64,000 bases of DNA from a virus. Lineage: Duplodnaviria > Heunggongvirae > Uroviricota > Caudoviricetes. The translations under genes and the position numbers were made by a program. Positions 8,615 to 17,382 of the stretch are shown here, piece by piece. The stretch lies in the IMG/VR virus record IMGVR_UViG_3300032242_001414, positions 9,079 through 73,078 of that record, one strand, 5' to 3'. Below the pieces are notes generated by a model, which was given only the letters and a program-made list of their open reading frames with translations, ran no database searches and was not told the DNA's origin. Position 1 is the first letter of the stretch; every line of letters starts with the position of its first letter.

Positions 8615-9487
8615 TTAATAATCCATATCATCATCAGCAATCACTTTATCTGATGCTACCAGATTATCATCTGGATTGTAATCTTTAATATCTTTGAATG
8701 TATAATAATCTTTACAACCATATTCACCTGTTACGTTTAATACAAAACGCTCATGAGGTTTTAGTTCTTTAGATTTCTTAGCACGTAATGTATTTAATAC
8801 ACCATTGTTACTATAATCTAACAATCTAAATTGCTTCAAGCAATATGAAGGTAAGAATGCTTTGTTATACACAGCTTGATACTCTTTAGTCTCATCTTCT
8901 TTGATTACAGACTTAATTGTAGCTAATGCAACAACATTGGTAGCAAATTCACCACCCACTTGTTGTTTAATATCTCTAACATTACCATTCATAAGTTTCT
9001 TCCACTCTAATTGTAATGTAGATTCAGCATCACGTAAATCAAGATTACCTAACCATGTGCGTAAGAAGTTATAGAAATCTTCTTCACCCACAAATGCTGG
9101 ACGATATTCTCTTGTTGTAAACCAACTAGCTAAATTGTTAGGATCATCAGCCCAAGAACACATACCAACAGCATTGATATATTGTTTCTTAGTTTGATCT
9201 TTGTTCTCTTTAACAGCATCTTCTAAGAAGAATGTCACTTTGAACTTTTCCTTACTTTTCACTTCTTCTAACCAAAAGTCTATACGCAATGTTTTATTGC
9301 CATTTTGACTCTTGCCTAAATACTCAGTAGCTTTACTATCTTCCTTAAGCTCCATGCCTAAGATATCCTTATACTCTTCAGCATCAGGATTGATTGCTAC
9401 CACTTCTGCTTCAAATAACCCTACCTTCTTGGTAAAGTCTGCAGGTAAATTACTCTGTTCTCTTTTCTTTCCACCGATTGTACTCAT
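8615..9487 (-). CDS. hypothetical protein, possible ssDNA-binding protein
   Basis: 290 aa ending in the acidic tail ADDDMDY, reminiscent of SSB C-terminal tails (DDDIPF); adjacent to a Sak4-like ATPase. Confidence 0.35.
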   Translation of the reverse strand: MSTIGGKKREQSNLPADFTKKVGLFEAEVVAINPDAEEYKDILGMELKEDSKATEYLGKSQNGNKTLRIDFWLEEVKSKEKFKVTFFLEDAVKENKDQTKKQYINAVGMCSWADDPNNLASWFTTREYRPAFVGEEDFYNFLRTWLGNLDLRDAESTLQLEWKKLMNGNVRDIKQQVGGEFATNVVALATIKSVIKEDETKEYQAVYNKAFLPSYCLKQFRLLDYSNNGVLNTLRAKKSKELKPHERFVLNVTGEYGCKDYYTFKDIKDYNPDDNLVASDKVIADDDMDY

Positions 9488-9514
9488 GTTTTCTAAGTTT
9501 AGATTTATTGTGAT

Positions 9515-10186
9515 TTATTTATAATACTCATCTATTGTATCTACAACTAATTGTAGATTATTAGGGATTTTGATGTCTGCAAACATTCCATCTGGACTTT
9601 TTGCTGGATACTTTTTATATCTATTTGTTACAAAGCTATAGTTAGCTGTACCATCTTTAGTCTCATCAACATTAGTGTACAAACACACAGTTAATAAACC
9701 TTCTAGTACAATTTGATTGTCAATCATCTTACCTGCTGTCTTAATCTTATATCCTATAATCTCACCACCATCCTCAATAGTTTCAGGATGTGTAAAATAG
9801 AACACTTTAATATCATCACGTAATTTTCTTGCTTCTCTAAATAAATCCACCATATCTCTAGCCATCAATGTGAACTTGGTAAAACCAACTTCTGCAGCTT
9901 TAGCCATTATATTGAATCCCATTATGTAGTTAGAATCCTCAATGATAATGTTCTTAATGTGAGTTGCTTTTTCAGAAATGTTTTTTAACAATCTAGTGAT
10001 TTCAATCGCATCATCTACTTCCTTGTAATTCTTGTTTTCAGAATTGTACAATTTCTCTGCTCCTTTGAAAGGTAATTCCTTCTTAGCAACATTGATAATG
10101 TAGGTTTCTTTAGGATCTAAATATTTGATTGCTGTGGACTTTCCTGTACCAGTGGGACCCACAATCCCAATTAGCTTACTTGCCAT
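9515..10186 (-). CDS. Sak4-like RecA-superfamily ATPase (recombination/annealing helper)
   Basis: Walker A GPTGTGKST at the N-terminus; ~220 aa single-domain ATPase, the size and architecture of phage Sak4 proteins. Confidence 0.5.
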   Translation of the reverse strand: MASKLIGIVGPTGTGKSTAIKYLDPKETYIINVAKKELPFKGAEKLYNSENKNYKEVDDAIEITRLLKNISEKATHIKNIIIEDSNYIMGFNIMAKAAEVGFTKFTLMARDMVDLFREARKLRDDIKVFYFTHPETIEDGGEIIGYKIKTAGKMIDNQIVLEGLLTVCLYTNVDETKDGTANYSFVTNRYKKYPAKSPDGMFADIKIPNNLQLVVDTIDEYYK

Positions 10187-10189
10187 AGT

Positions 10190-10402
10190 TTAATTGTTTT
10201 GTTCTTCCAAAGGTACATTAATCTCTTCAGATTTCAAAATATTTCTTTTGGTTTCCACAACACTTGGATCAGCTAAAATCAAGTTATAGAAAGACTCTGC
10301 AGGTTCTTTTTGTGCAAACCACTTAACTGTTGAGTCATCAACTATAATAGCATACATTGTTCCAGTTCCTGGTTTAATTTCTTCTACTAATTCTACTTTC
10401 AT
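10190..10402 (-). CDS. hypothetical protein (70 aa)
   Basis: ORF track; ATG; overlaps the helicase stop by 4 nt. Confidence 0.4.
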   Translation of the reverse strand: MKVELVEEIKPGTGTMYAIIVDDSTVKWFAQKEPAESFYNLILADPSVVETKRNILKSEEINVPLEEQNN

Positions 10403-11499
10403 ACATATTTTATTTTCTTATGATCAAAAAACTCAAGAGCACTCCTGAGCCATTTTTTCTCTACATCTTCTGTAGAACACACGATATATATGTGTGCTTT
10501 TTTGTCTGGTGTGTTGTATTCCATAGCCATGCATCTATTTATCTTTTGGGCTAGGTTTTCACCATTACTATCAAAGTAATTGATTATCACACGGTTAAGT
10601 GGTTTATATGTAACACCAGTGTTTCCAATCTTCACAACAGCCAAATGATTACCTTTACCATTAGCAAATGCTTCAAATGTATCTTTCTCACCTGCTTTGC
10701 TGTGATAGACAGGAATTCCTAATGAATCAGCTATTTTAGTAACACCACAAAATACTAATATACGCTCATCTTTATGAGCTGCTAATAGTTCTCTGGTCTT
10801 CTCCATCTTAGCAATACTGTTCTGAATGATTCTCATTCTAGCTAAACGTAAGAACATAGTGTTCTTATTCTGTCTCTCTAGTTGATCAATCACCCATGCA
10901 TAGCTATCAAACTGTTTCTTTTCAGTACGCTGTTTACCCTTATAGTCATTAAGTCTTTTGTTATCTAGTGGCACTGTAACTACTGTTATTTCATAGTCTA
11001 CAATAACACCTTCTTCAATGGCCTGTTCTATAGTGTATTCAGCTAATACATGTAATCCTAGTTCTTCTGCTAATGTTTTTTCTGTCCAGCTAGATAGGGT
11101 ACCAGTTAAACCAAGCACACTAATGCATTTTAGCTCCTTTACAGCCTCTATTTGTGCTTCAGAGAGTAAATGTATCTCATCAAGAATAACCAGGTCATAT
11201 GTGGCCTCTGTGTGCTTCTTAATAGATAAGTGTGTTGTATAGGTGATGTTGGTATTTTTATACTTTCTATCTTTAAAGTCTGATTCCCAAGAATCTTTAA
11301 TCTTTAAGTCAGGATAGGCTATAAGTATATTAATATCTTTACCTAGTTTCTCTAGGATGTTGATAGTTGTATAAATCTTACCAAATCTAGGACATAGGTT
11401 TAGAATACCAAATTCACCATGGTCTAAAAATATCTGAGCAAACTCCTTTTGTCTTTTATCCCTTAAAGTAAGGGGTTGGTTCTTGCGGTGGGTTGCCAT
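10399..11499 (-). CDS. superfamily-2 DEAH-box DNA/RNA helicase
   Basis: DLVILDEIHLL (DEAH, motif II), LGLTGTL (motif III), N-terminal nucleotide-binding region; 366 aa. Confidence 0.7.
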   Translation of the reverse strand: MATHRKNQPLTLRDKRQKEFAQIFLDHGEFGILNLCPRFGKIYTTINILEKLGKDINILIAYPDLKIKDSWESDFKDRKYKNTNITYTTHLSIKKHTEATYDLVILDEIHLLSEAQIEAVKELKCISVLGLTGTLSSWTEKTLAEELGLHVLAEYTIEQAIEEGVIVDYEITVVTVPLDNKRLNDYKGKQRTEKKQFDSYAWVIDQLERQNKNTMFLRLARMRIIQNSIAKMEKTRELLAAHKDERILVFCGVTKIADSLGIPVYHSKAGEKDTFEAFANGKGNHLAVVKIGNTGVTYKPLNRVIINYFDSNGENLAQKINRCMAMEYNTPDKKAHIYIVCSTEDVEKKWLRSALEFFDHKKIKYV

Positions 11500-11668
11500 A
11501 GCTTAAAATAGTTGTAAATGACCAGAATAACCATTCTATATTGATTGCTACATATGGATCAAAATCTTGTATGTTATTCATTATAGCTACAGTTGGTATT
11601 AGTACCACCTGCCACCAATGGCTTTCTTCTGTTGGTAAGGTGTTATACACCTTGGTTGATATTCTCAT
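11456..11668 (-). CDS. hypothetical protein (70 aa), uncertain
   Basis: Fills the 170-nt gap between the two helicase genes but overlaps the SF2 helicase start by 44 nt; an internal Met is possible. Confidence 0.25.
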   Translation of the reverse strand: MRISTKVYNTLPTEESHWWQVVLIPTVAIMNNIQDFDPYVAINIEWLFWSFTTILSYGNPPQEPTPYFKG

Positions 11669-11669
11669 G

Positions 11670-12731
11670 TTATTTATTTAAGAAAAATGTTTTGTTTACT
11701 ACAGAGTCATAATCTGCATCAGTTATATCGTTTCTCCTTGGTAGTTCTTTAAACATACCAATCTGGCCTAAGAAACCTAGACCTATTCTGATGTCATCTT
11801 CTCCATAGCTGTTTTTAATAAGTCTCAAGGATCTGAAGTATTTAGCTCCATAATCATCTCTCAACTTGTTTAAATTATATCCAGATGGGTCTTCCACCTT
11901 GTATCTCATAGGATCGAATAATGCTAATACTACATCAGAATCATTCTGTGTTTGTGAACTATCTGCAAAATCTTCTAATTGTGGTTCTACATCACCATTC
12001 TTAATCCTAATAGGATTAGATATGTCACGATTGAACTGGCTTACAACCACTGGTGTATATCCATAGAAGTCTCTAGCAAATCTCAATTCATCAGACATCT
12101 TATCAATTGCTGCTTTTTTAGTGGGCTGAGCCTGTGTAAGTTTCAATAGACCAATATGATCAATAACAACGATAGTTAGTTCATTCTCATTATTAGGAAT
12201 ATACACCTTGTTATACTGATCCACTTGTTCTATTACACCATTCTCAAGAGCATGTGTTTTAAGCTCTTTAGCAATACCCACTGGGTTCTCTGGACCATCG
12301 ATGATTGTAACCACATCATTCATGTTTCCTATATAATCTTCATACATAAGAAATAGATCGTGCTCATCTTTAGTCATCTTATCAGTCCAACCCAATAGTT
12401 TAGGAACAGGTACAATGATACCCTGATCCAAGAATATCTTCCTACTCACCCATTTAGCAAGCTTGTATGTCTTGCTACGCTCCATAGATCTATATATAAT
12501 ACGAAGCTTCATTTTTGGATTCTTCTGACTAATATACCAATCAAATGGATTCAAGACATATGCATCATCTATAAAGGAAGTTTTACCAGAACCAGTAAGA
12601 CCACCTATTAGTGTATACATAGACTTCCTGATACCTATATATCTATTAAGCCTATCAAAGCCCATAGGGATACCATTATTTCTACCATCTAATCCTGCTT
12701 GTACTTCTCTTTTTAAATGTTCAAAACTCAT
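11670..12731 (-). CDS. DnaB-like replicative helicase (RecA-like C-terminal domain)
   Basis: Walker A GGLTGSGKTSF, VVIDHIGLL (Walker B region), VVVSQFNR; typical DnaB/phage gp4-type helicase core. Confidence 0.7.
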   Translation of the reverse strand: MSFEHLKREVQAGLDGRNNGIPMGFDRLNRYIGIRKSMYTLIGGLTGSGKTSFIDDAYVLNPFDWYISQKNPKMKLRIIYRSMERSKTYKLAKWVSRKIFLDQGIIVPVPKLLGWTDKMTKDEHDLFLMYEDYIGNMNDVVTIIDGPENPVGIAKELKTHALENGVIEQVDQYNKVYIPNNENELTIVVIDHIGLLKLTQAQPTKKAAIDKMSDELRFARDFYGYTPVVVSQFNRDISNPIRIKNGDVEPQLEDFADSSQTQNDSDVVLALFDPMRYKVEDPSGYNLNKLRDDYGAKYFRSLRLIKNSYGEDDIRIGLGFLGQIGMFKELPRRNDITDADYDSVVNKTFFLNK

Positions 12732-13354
12732 ATATCTGTTCCTCCTTTAATAATTGGTTTTTCTTCAATTGTTTTACCTTCTCTAATTAATTCAATGAAT
12801 GGTTCAAATGTTCTCTGGTTCAAATACGTAAGAGAATTTTGCATATAACTAAGTTTGTTAGTCTTGCTAGCATAGGAATTCTCTTTCTTTTGAAGCACTT
12901 CATATTTTAGTGCTGCAATCAATTCATCGATGGTATATTCTCCTTCTTGAAGAATAGCATTAAGTTTGGCTTTACAATCATCTTTCTTTACACGCATACT
13001 TCTAGTGCCTGTAAAGTCCTTACCCTTATGGGTAAATGTATCAGTTCCTGGATAAGCTTTCCACCACTCATCAAAATCGTTAGAGTCTTGTTTCTTCTTA
13101 ACTAATTTAGTTTCTGGTGTACCTTCTTCATCTAGAAATCCTAATACTGATTTACCAATAAGAGTAATTCCAAAGTTTTCTGATAGTAAACCTTTTCTTC
13201 TTAATGTTTGACACAATACACTCATCTTGGGATTATCACACAGAGCTGTAGCATCTGCACCCTCATCAACTAATTTTAGGAAATATACTATATCTAAGCT
13301 GTAACCAGCTTTTAATATCTCCTCAAAATGGTAAACTGTAATGTTTAGTTTCAT
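12728..13354 (-). CDS. hypothetical protein (208 aa)
   Basis: ORF track; ATG; 4-nt overlap with the helicase gene. Confidence 0.5.
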   Translation of the reverse strand: MKLNITVYHFEEILKAGYSLDIVYFLKLVDEGADATALCDNPKMSVLCQTLRRKGLLSENFGITLIGKSVLGFLDEEGTPETKLVKKKQDSNDFDEWWKAYPGTDTFTHKGKDFTGTRSMRVKKDDCKAKLNAILQEGEYTIDELIAALKYEVLQKKENSYASKTNKLSYMQNSLTYLNQRTFEPFIELIREGKTIEEKPIIKGGTDI

Positions 13355-13559
13355 GTGTCTTTTTATCTAATATGTTATCTGTGTCTATAACAACAATTGT
13401 AGCAGGCTGTCTTAATTCCTTCTGAAACTCTTGTTCTAAGAGCATTTGTTGTTCCCACAAATATACAACATCTTTAAGAGATTCCCTCTCCCAATCTTGA
13501 TTTATTTTCAAAGCTTGGTCTTTCATTCTCATATTTATTATTGTTCCAAAAATAAGCAC
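13323..13559 (-). CDS. hypothetical protein (78 aa), one of three staggered overlapping ORFs
   Basis: ORF track; protein-like composition; overlaps neighbours by 32 and 86 nt in different frames; the true start may be an internal Met. Confidence 0.3.
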   Translation of the reverse strand: MLIFGTIINMRMKDQALKINQDWERESLKDVVYLWEQQMLLEQEFQKELRQPATIVVIDTDNILDKKTHETKHYSLPF

Positions 13560-13788
13560 AACTTAGTGTTGCTACACCAAATCCATCATGATTATTATCA
13601 AACATGAAATCTAACTTATATGGAGGTTCTGAAAAATATGATTGACCTAAGTCTTCTGGGGTAGCTGTGTATCTATGACAATTCAGTCTTAATAAGCAAC
13701 TCCCTCCCTTGCACATCGATATGTCTGGCATCTTCTGTGTTTTTATTGTGATTAATGTAAATTCGTAAAACTCTTCCTGTATCTTCAA
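13474..13788 (-). CDS. hypothetical Cys-containing protein (104 aa), staggered overlap
   Basis: ORF track; CKGGSCLLRLNCH motif; overlaps both neighbours in other frames. Confidence 0.3.
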   Translation of the reverse strand: MKIQEEFYEFTLITIKTQKMPDISMCKGGSCLLRLNCHRYTATPEDLGQSYFSEPPYKLDFMFDNNHDGFGVATLSCAYFWNNNKYENERPSFENKSRLGEGIS

Positions 13789-13945
13789 TCATTACAACCA
13801 CCTTGCATCTAGCATCCCAATTGTAATATTTAATAACACCATTCTCTATAACTTCTACTTGTGTAGCTAGTGTAGTGTTTAAAATATTTTTACTAGGTAG
13901 TTTGCTCAGGTTTATGTCCCTCGTGCTCATTGGTCTCAGTGCCAT
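13673..13945 (-). CDS. hypothetical protein (90 aa), staggered overlap
   Basis: ORF track; overlaps the thioredoxin 3' end by ~50 nt. Confidence 0.35.
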   Translation of the reverse strand: MALRPMSTRDINLSKLPSKNILNTTLATQVEVIENGVIKYYNWDARCKVVVMIEDTGRVLRIYINHNKNTEDARHIDVQGRELLIKTELS

Positions 13946-14216
13946 TTTGTTTATTTAGTTTAATTGCATCCTTTAAATGGTTTTTAGTCATCAAGCCTTT
14001 GTTTCTGAATACAACAGTGTTACCCTTCATCATTATGATTGTAGGTATACTAGTAACATTGTATCCTCTTGCAGCTGCTTGATCCTCATCAATGTTTATC
14101 TTTTGTACATCAATGTCATCAAATTCAGCTACCACCTCATTAAATGCTGGTCCAAAAGCTTTACATGGTCCACACCATGGTGCACTGAAATAAAGCACTT
14201 GTAGTTTTTCACTCAT
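13893..14216 (-). CDS. thioredoxin
   Basis: Canonical active-site WCGPCK, cis-Pro region SIPTIIMM, ~105 aa thioredoxin fold length. Confidence 0.85.
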   Translation of the reverse strand: MSEKLQVLYFSAPWCGPCKAFGPAFNEVVAEFDDIDVQKINIDEDQAAARGYNVTSIPTIIMMKGNTVVFRNKGLMTKNHLKDAIKLNKQNGTETNEHEGHKPEQTT

Positions 14217-14226
14217 CTTAATTTAT

Positions 14227-14475
14227 TTATATGTTAGTAATCTTGTCTGTAACTACAGTTAATGGAGGTTCATCCTTCTTAAATGTGTTTATATATTCTT
14301 TAATACACCATTTAAGCATAGCTTTGATAGCCTTTCTTCTTTGTTTAGCAGGCTTTGTGTAAAACACCCTGAACACCTGAAATACTACATCATTCATATA
14401 TATTGTTTTATTCTGCTGCGTAACCAAAGAATATCCACTCACCATCTCTTTCATTAGTAGCTTTTTTATATTCAA
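14227..14475 (-). CDS. hypothetical protein (82 aa)
   Basis: ORF track. Confidence 0.4.
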   Translation of the reverse strand: MNIKKLLMKEMVSGYSLVTQQNKTIYMNDVVFQVFRVFYTKPAKQRRKAIKAMLKWCIKEYINTFKKDEPPLTVVTDKITNI

Positions 14476-14977
14476 TTTTAGCTACTGTAGGATCAGTTTT
14501 AAGCAGTTTCTTTCTCATTACAACTCTAGTGGTAATCTGATGTGCTTCTGTATATGTTCTAGCTGCTTTAACAGCATCACCTTTTGTCATGCATGAGGTA
14601 ATAACATTATGATCATTATCATAATAACCTTCCACCTCATACTTAAGAATCCATTTCTTTGTACCAGGTGTAACTATGTGCTCCACTTGAGATTTGGTTT
14701 TGTTCTTATTACCTACAGGTGGTACAACACATATAGCTGAACAATCACGTTTGTTCATAGCATGACTATCAAATCTATCACGTATGTAAGCAGATACATC
14801 ATTGAACTTACTTTTCTTATATAGTTCTGTTTCATCTCTAAATCCATGAGTGGTACTAATTGTACCATTGTAGCCATCTTGACTACCATATTCATCTTCA
14901 GCTATTTCACAAGCTCTATTATATGCTTGTTGTGCTGTTTTACCAACACTTCTTACCTTAAATTGACATGCTCCCAT
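14408..14977 (-). CDS. hypothetical protein (189 aa)
   Basis: ORF track; ATG start. Confidence 0.5.
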   Translation of the reverse strand: MGACQFKVRSVGKTAQQAYNRACEIAEDEYGSQDGYNGTISTTHGFRDETELYKKSKFNDVSAYIRDRFDSHAMNKRDCSAICVVPPVGNKNKTKSQVEHIVTPGTKKWILKYEVEGYYDNDHNVITSCMTKGDAVKAARTYTEAHQITTRVVMRKKLLKTDPTVAKIEYKKATNERDGEWIFFGYAAE

Positions 14978-14979
14978 AA

Positions 14980-15234
14980 TTAATTGTTTTTAATTCGTAA
15001 TCCAAATTCTAAATCAAACCAATTGAATGTATCCTCAGCTCTTTCTTTTCTGCATTTAAACACCTTCTTTAATAAAGGCAATGCATAAGCTTTGAACTGA
15101 TCATGTTGTTCTTGTGTCATGGTCCATTTATTGTACCATTCTTTTGTCATATAGGCTTCTTGCATAGATTTACCAACCATTTCTAGTTGGTAGTCTAACA
15201 AGTGATCAGCTATTGTCTCGCGATTTACCTTCAT
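14980..15234 (-). CDS. hypothetical protein (84 aa)
   Basis: ORF track; ATG start. Confidence 0.45.
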   Translation of the reverse strand: MKVNRETIADHLLDYQLEMVGKSMQEAYMTKEWYNKWTMTQEQHDQFKAYALPLLKKVFKCRKERAEDTFNWFDLEFGLRIKNN

Positions 15235-15835
15235 AAAATATTAAGTTTGTTTTATTGTTTCTGATACCATAAAGTTGTTTAGCAAAATGGTTATATTTTA
15301 AATTATTAGCATCTGCAGCTTCTTTTATACCATCATAAACTACACCAGTGGATATATCTATTACTTTCCTTTTCTTTAATGAAGGTTTACCTAATTTAGC
15401 TTTACTTAGTTTATCTTTATGTTCTTCAGATAATAATTTACCTGTATTCCAAGGTTTAGTTCCTTTAGGAGGGCCAAAAGAAGTTCTTCTTAATCCTGTA
15501 TTAATAGCATGTCTAACATTTTCAGATTGAGTACACCATTCCAGATTCTCAATTCTATTATCTGTTTTTATACCATTAATATGATTAACTACTGGTTTAT
15601 TATCAGGATTTGGTATGAATGACTCTGCAATTAATCTATGAACAAGATGTCTTTTGTTTGTATCACTCATTCTAAGTTCTAATGACATATAACCATTTTT
15701 CATTAAAGCTATCTTTAATAATTTACCTGGCTTTTGTCCACTCATTCTATTAGAATGTTGTGACTTAACATTACCTAAGTTACTAATTTGATACAATCCT
15801 TCATATTCAGGTATATCTTTCCAAATTTCTGTCAT
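15206..15835 (-). CDS. HNH homing endonuclease with NUMOD motifs
   Basis: Track ORF starts at TTG (15880); ATG at 15835 gives MTEIWKDIPEYEGLYQISNLGNVKS (NUMOD4 motif), then VHRLIAESFIPNPDNKPVVNHINGIKTDNRIENLEWCTQSEN (HNH_3) and a KPWNTGK...LSKAKLGK NUMOD3-like repeat. Confidence 0.8.
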   Translation of the reverse strand: MTEIWKDIPEYEGLYQISNLGNVKSQHSNRMSGQKPGKLLKIALMKNGYMSLELRMSDTNKRHLVHRLIAESFIPNPDNKPVVNHINGIKTDNRIENLEWCTQSENVRHAINTGLRRTSFGPPKGTKPWNTGKLLSEEHKDKLSKAKLGKPSLKKRKVIDISTGVVYDGIKEAADANNLKYNHFAKQLYGIRNNKTNLIFYEGKSRDNS

Positions 15836-15889
15836 TATATTATTTTTGGCAAAGGTAAACAGAATAATTGATACTACCAAATATTTTCT

Positions 15890-16114
15890 CTATTGATCTT
15901 TCCCATATGATTCTATATATTGTTTAACTTCTTCCCAATAAGGATGATCTCCAGCTTCTAATTTCTCATTAGCTATTAAATGTTTCACTGCTATTAATGC
16001 AGATGCTTTAGCTATTGCTGTAACTACATCCATATCTAGTTTATGTCCCACCTCTGCTAGTACTGCTAGTGAGAATTCAGCAATTAGAAAGTTTGCTTGT
16101 GCTTGTGCTTCCAT
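15890..16114 (-). CDS. hypothetical protein (74 aa)
   Basis: ORF track. Confidence 0.45.
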   Translation of the reverse strand: MEAQAQANFLIAEFSLAVLAEVGHKLDMDVVTAIAKASALIAVKHLIANEKLEAGDHPYWEEVKQYIESYGKDQ

Positions 16115-16371
16115 TATAATGTTAATTGATATCCGTTAATGTGTTTATATGCAGGATAGCCTTTTACACTATTCTCTGTTAGTTCTCTAGACCATTCTTT
16201 TCTGAAATGTACAGATGGTTTACCATCCTTAATCTCTGCAACAGTACATGTAGGACCATTATCTTCTACAACTTGCCATAGTTCTGGTTCATATGACCTT
16301 CTACTGGTCATACTCATTCCCCATGCATGTACAAAGAACTTTCTACCTTCAAGTGATTGTGCTTGTATCAT
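16114..16371 (-). CDS. hypothetical protein (85 aa)
   Basis: ORF track. Confidence 0.45.
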   Translation of the reverse strand: MIQAQSLEGRKFFVHAWGMSMTSRRSYEPELWQVVEDNGPTCTVAEIKDGKPSVHFRKEWSRELTENSVKGYPAYKHINGYQLTL

Positions 16372-16372
16372 G

Positions 16373-16549
16373 TTAGATTCTTTTTATTATATAGTCATTA
16401 AACTTATCAAGATCAAAACTACTGTTAATAGATTCAAAGAACTTCTTATAAGCCCAATAGTAATCTGATGCTGTTGGATATCTATGTCCATTAGCTATGC
16501 AATCATCTACTACTAAATCTGCAGCTATTTTAAAATGTGATTTACCCAT
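16373..16549 (-). CDS. small hypothetical protein (58 aa), not in ORF track
   Basis: Hand translation MGKSHFKIAADLVVDDCIANGHRYPTASDYYWAYKKFFESINSSFDLDKFNDYIIKRI; its start codon is embedded in the conserved 21-nt leader motif. Confidence 0.4.
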   Translation of the reverse strand: MGKSHFKIAADLVVDDCIANGHRYPTASDYYWAYKKFFESINSSFDLDKFNDYIIKRI

Positions 16550-16567
16550 AGGTTATTTGTTTTGGTT
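16547..16567 (-). promoter_or_regulatory. conserved 21-nt leader ACCAAAACAAATAACCTATG(G) spanning a start codon (site 1)
   Basis: Plus-strand CATAGGTTATTTGTTTTGGTT is identical at 16547, 16902 and 17143, and 19/21 at 20156. Confidence 0.6.
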
Positions 16568-16644
16568 ATAAAAAACACCCAAGATTTTACTCATAAGAAG
16601 GGCAAAGTCCTTTTTGTCTTATCCTATTACCACTAGGTTGGGTG
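16568..16644 (-). terminator. structured rho-independent terminator (minus strand)
   Basis: On the minus strand CACCCAA...TTGGGTG (plus 16638-16644 / 16576-16582) encloses a nested ATAAGA/TCTTAT and AAGG/CCTT hairpin and is followed by UUUUUU (plus A-run 16570-16575); lies downstream of gene 16653..16904. Confidence 0.45.
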
Positions 16645-16652
16645 CTCAAATA

Positions 16653-16904
16653 TTAATTTCTTATTTCGTTAGTATCTATTTGATATGAAGTTGTACTATT
16701 ATAGTTATTCTTATAATACTCTTCTCTACTATAATGTGGTAAAATAGGATGGTTTATGGGTGTTTCTTGACCATCTGAAAAAGCTTTTTGTATCTGCTCT
16801 TTTTCTTTAAATGTTAGTTCTTTCAGTTTTAATAATAATTCTTTGTTGAATACTATTGGATTCATTTCAATATATTCAATTAATTCTTGCATTGCTGTTT
16901 TCAT
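16653..16904 (-). CDS. hypothetical protein (83 aa), MKTAMQE-paralog A
   Basis: Shares the N-terminus MKTAMQE with 17149..17382; start codon sits in the conserved 21-nt leader. Confidence 0.5.
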   Translation of the reverse strand: MKTAMQELIEYIEMNPIVFNKELLLKLKELTFKEKEQIQKAFSDGQETPINHPILPHYSREEYYKNNYNSTTSYQIDTNEIRN

Positions 16905-16922
16905 AGGTTATTTGTTTTGGTT
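16902..16922 (-). promoter_or_regulatory. conserved 21-nt leader (site 2)
   Basis: Identical to site 1; contains the ATG of gene 16653..16904. Confidence 0.6.
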
Positions 16923-16959
16923 AATTTGTGTCTAATTTTGGAATTTGTGGTATCATAAT

Positions 16960-17145
16960 TTAATTTTGAGATGCTTGTTTACACTCATCTGATTGCTGAA
17001 ATGTATTAGGTCTTTTGTCATAGTCACTTGAACCACAAGCATACTTAGTTCTTGGTGTCAGAGCATCTACTTCAATAGAACCACATTTAGGACAATATTC
17101 TTTTGTAGAATTAGATGTCATTAATGGTCTTTCTTCTTGTTTCAT
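16960..17145 (-). CDS. small zinc-ribbon-like protein (61 aa)
   Basis: CPKCGS...YACGSS Cys pairs; start codon in the conserved 21-nt leader. Confidence 0.45.
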   Translation of the reverse strand: MKQEERPLMTSNSTKEYCPKCGSIEVDALTPRTKYACGSSDYDKRPNTFQQSDECKQASQN

Positions 17146-17163
17146 AGGTTATTTGTTTTGGTT
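17143..17163 (-). promoter_or_regulatory. conserved 21-nt leader (site 3)
   Basis: Identical to site 1; contains the ATG of gene 16960..17145. Confidence 0.6.
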
Positions 17164-17382
17164 ATAGGTTTGGTTGTAGTATCTATCTCCGCTAAACATA
17201 GTTTTATTTATTTCTAATGCTTCATCTAAATCACACGCTTTGTAACCTCTATCATAAGCATTTACTATTTGCTCTTTTTCTTTTTCAAGATATATATTAA
17301 ATCCTTTATCAAAGATTTCGTTAGCCATATAAGGATAATTAGCTTTTAATTCATCAAACCATTCTTGCATTGCTGTTTTCAT
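17149..17382 (-). CDS. hypothetical protein (77 aa), MKTAMQE-paralog B
   Basis: N-terminus MKTAMQEWFDELK; immediately downstream of the DNA polymerase gene. Confidence 0.5.
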   Translation of the reverse strand: MKTAMQEWFDELKANYPYMANEIFDKGFNIYLEKEKEQIVNAYDRGYKACDLDEALEINKTMFSGDRYYNQTYNQNK

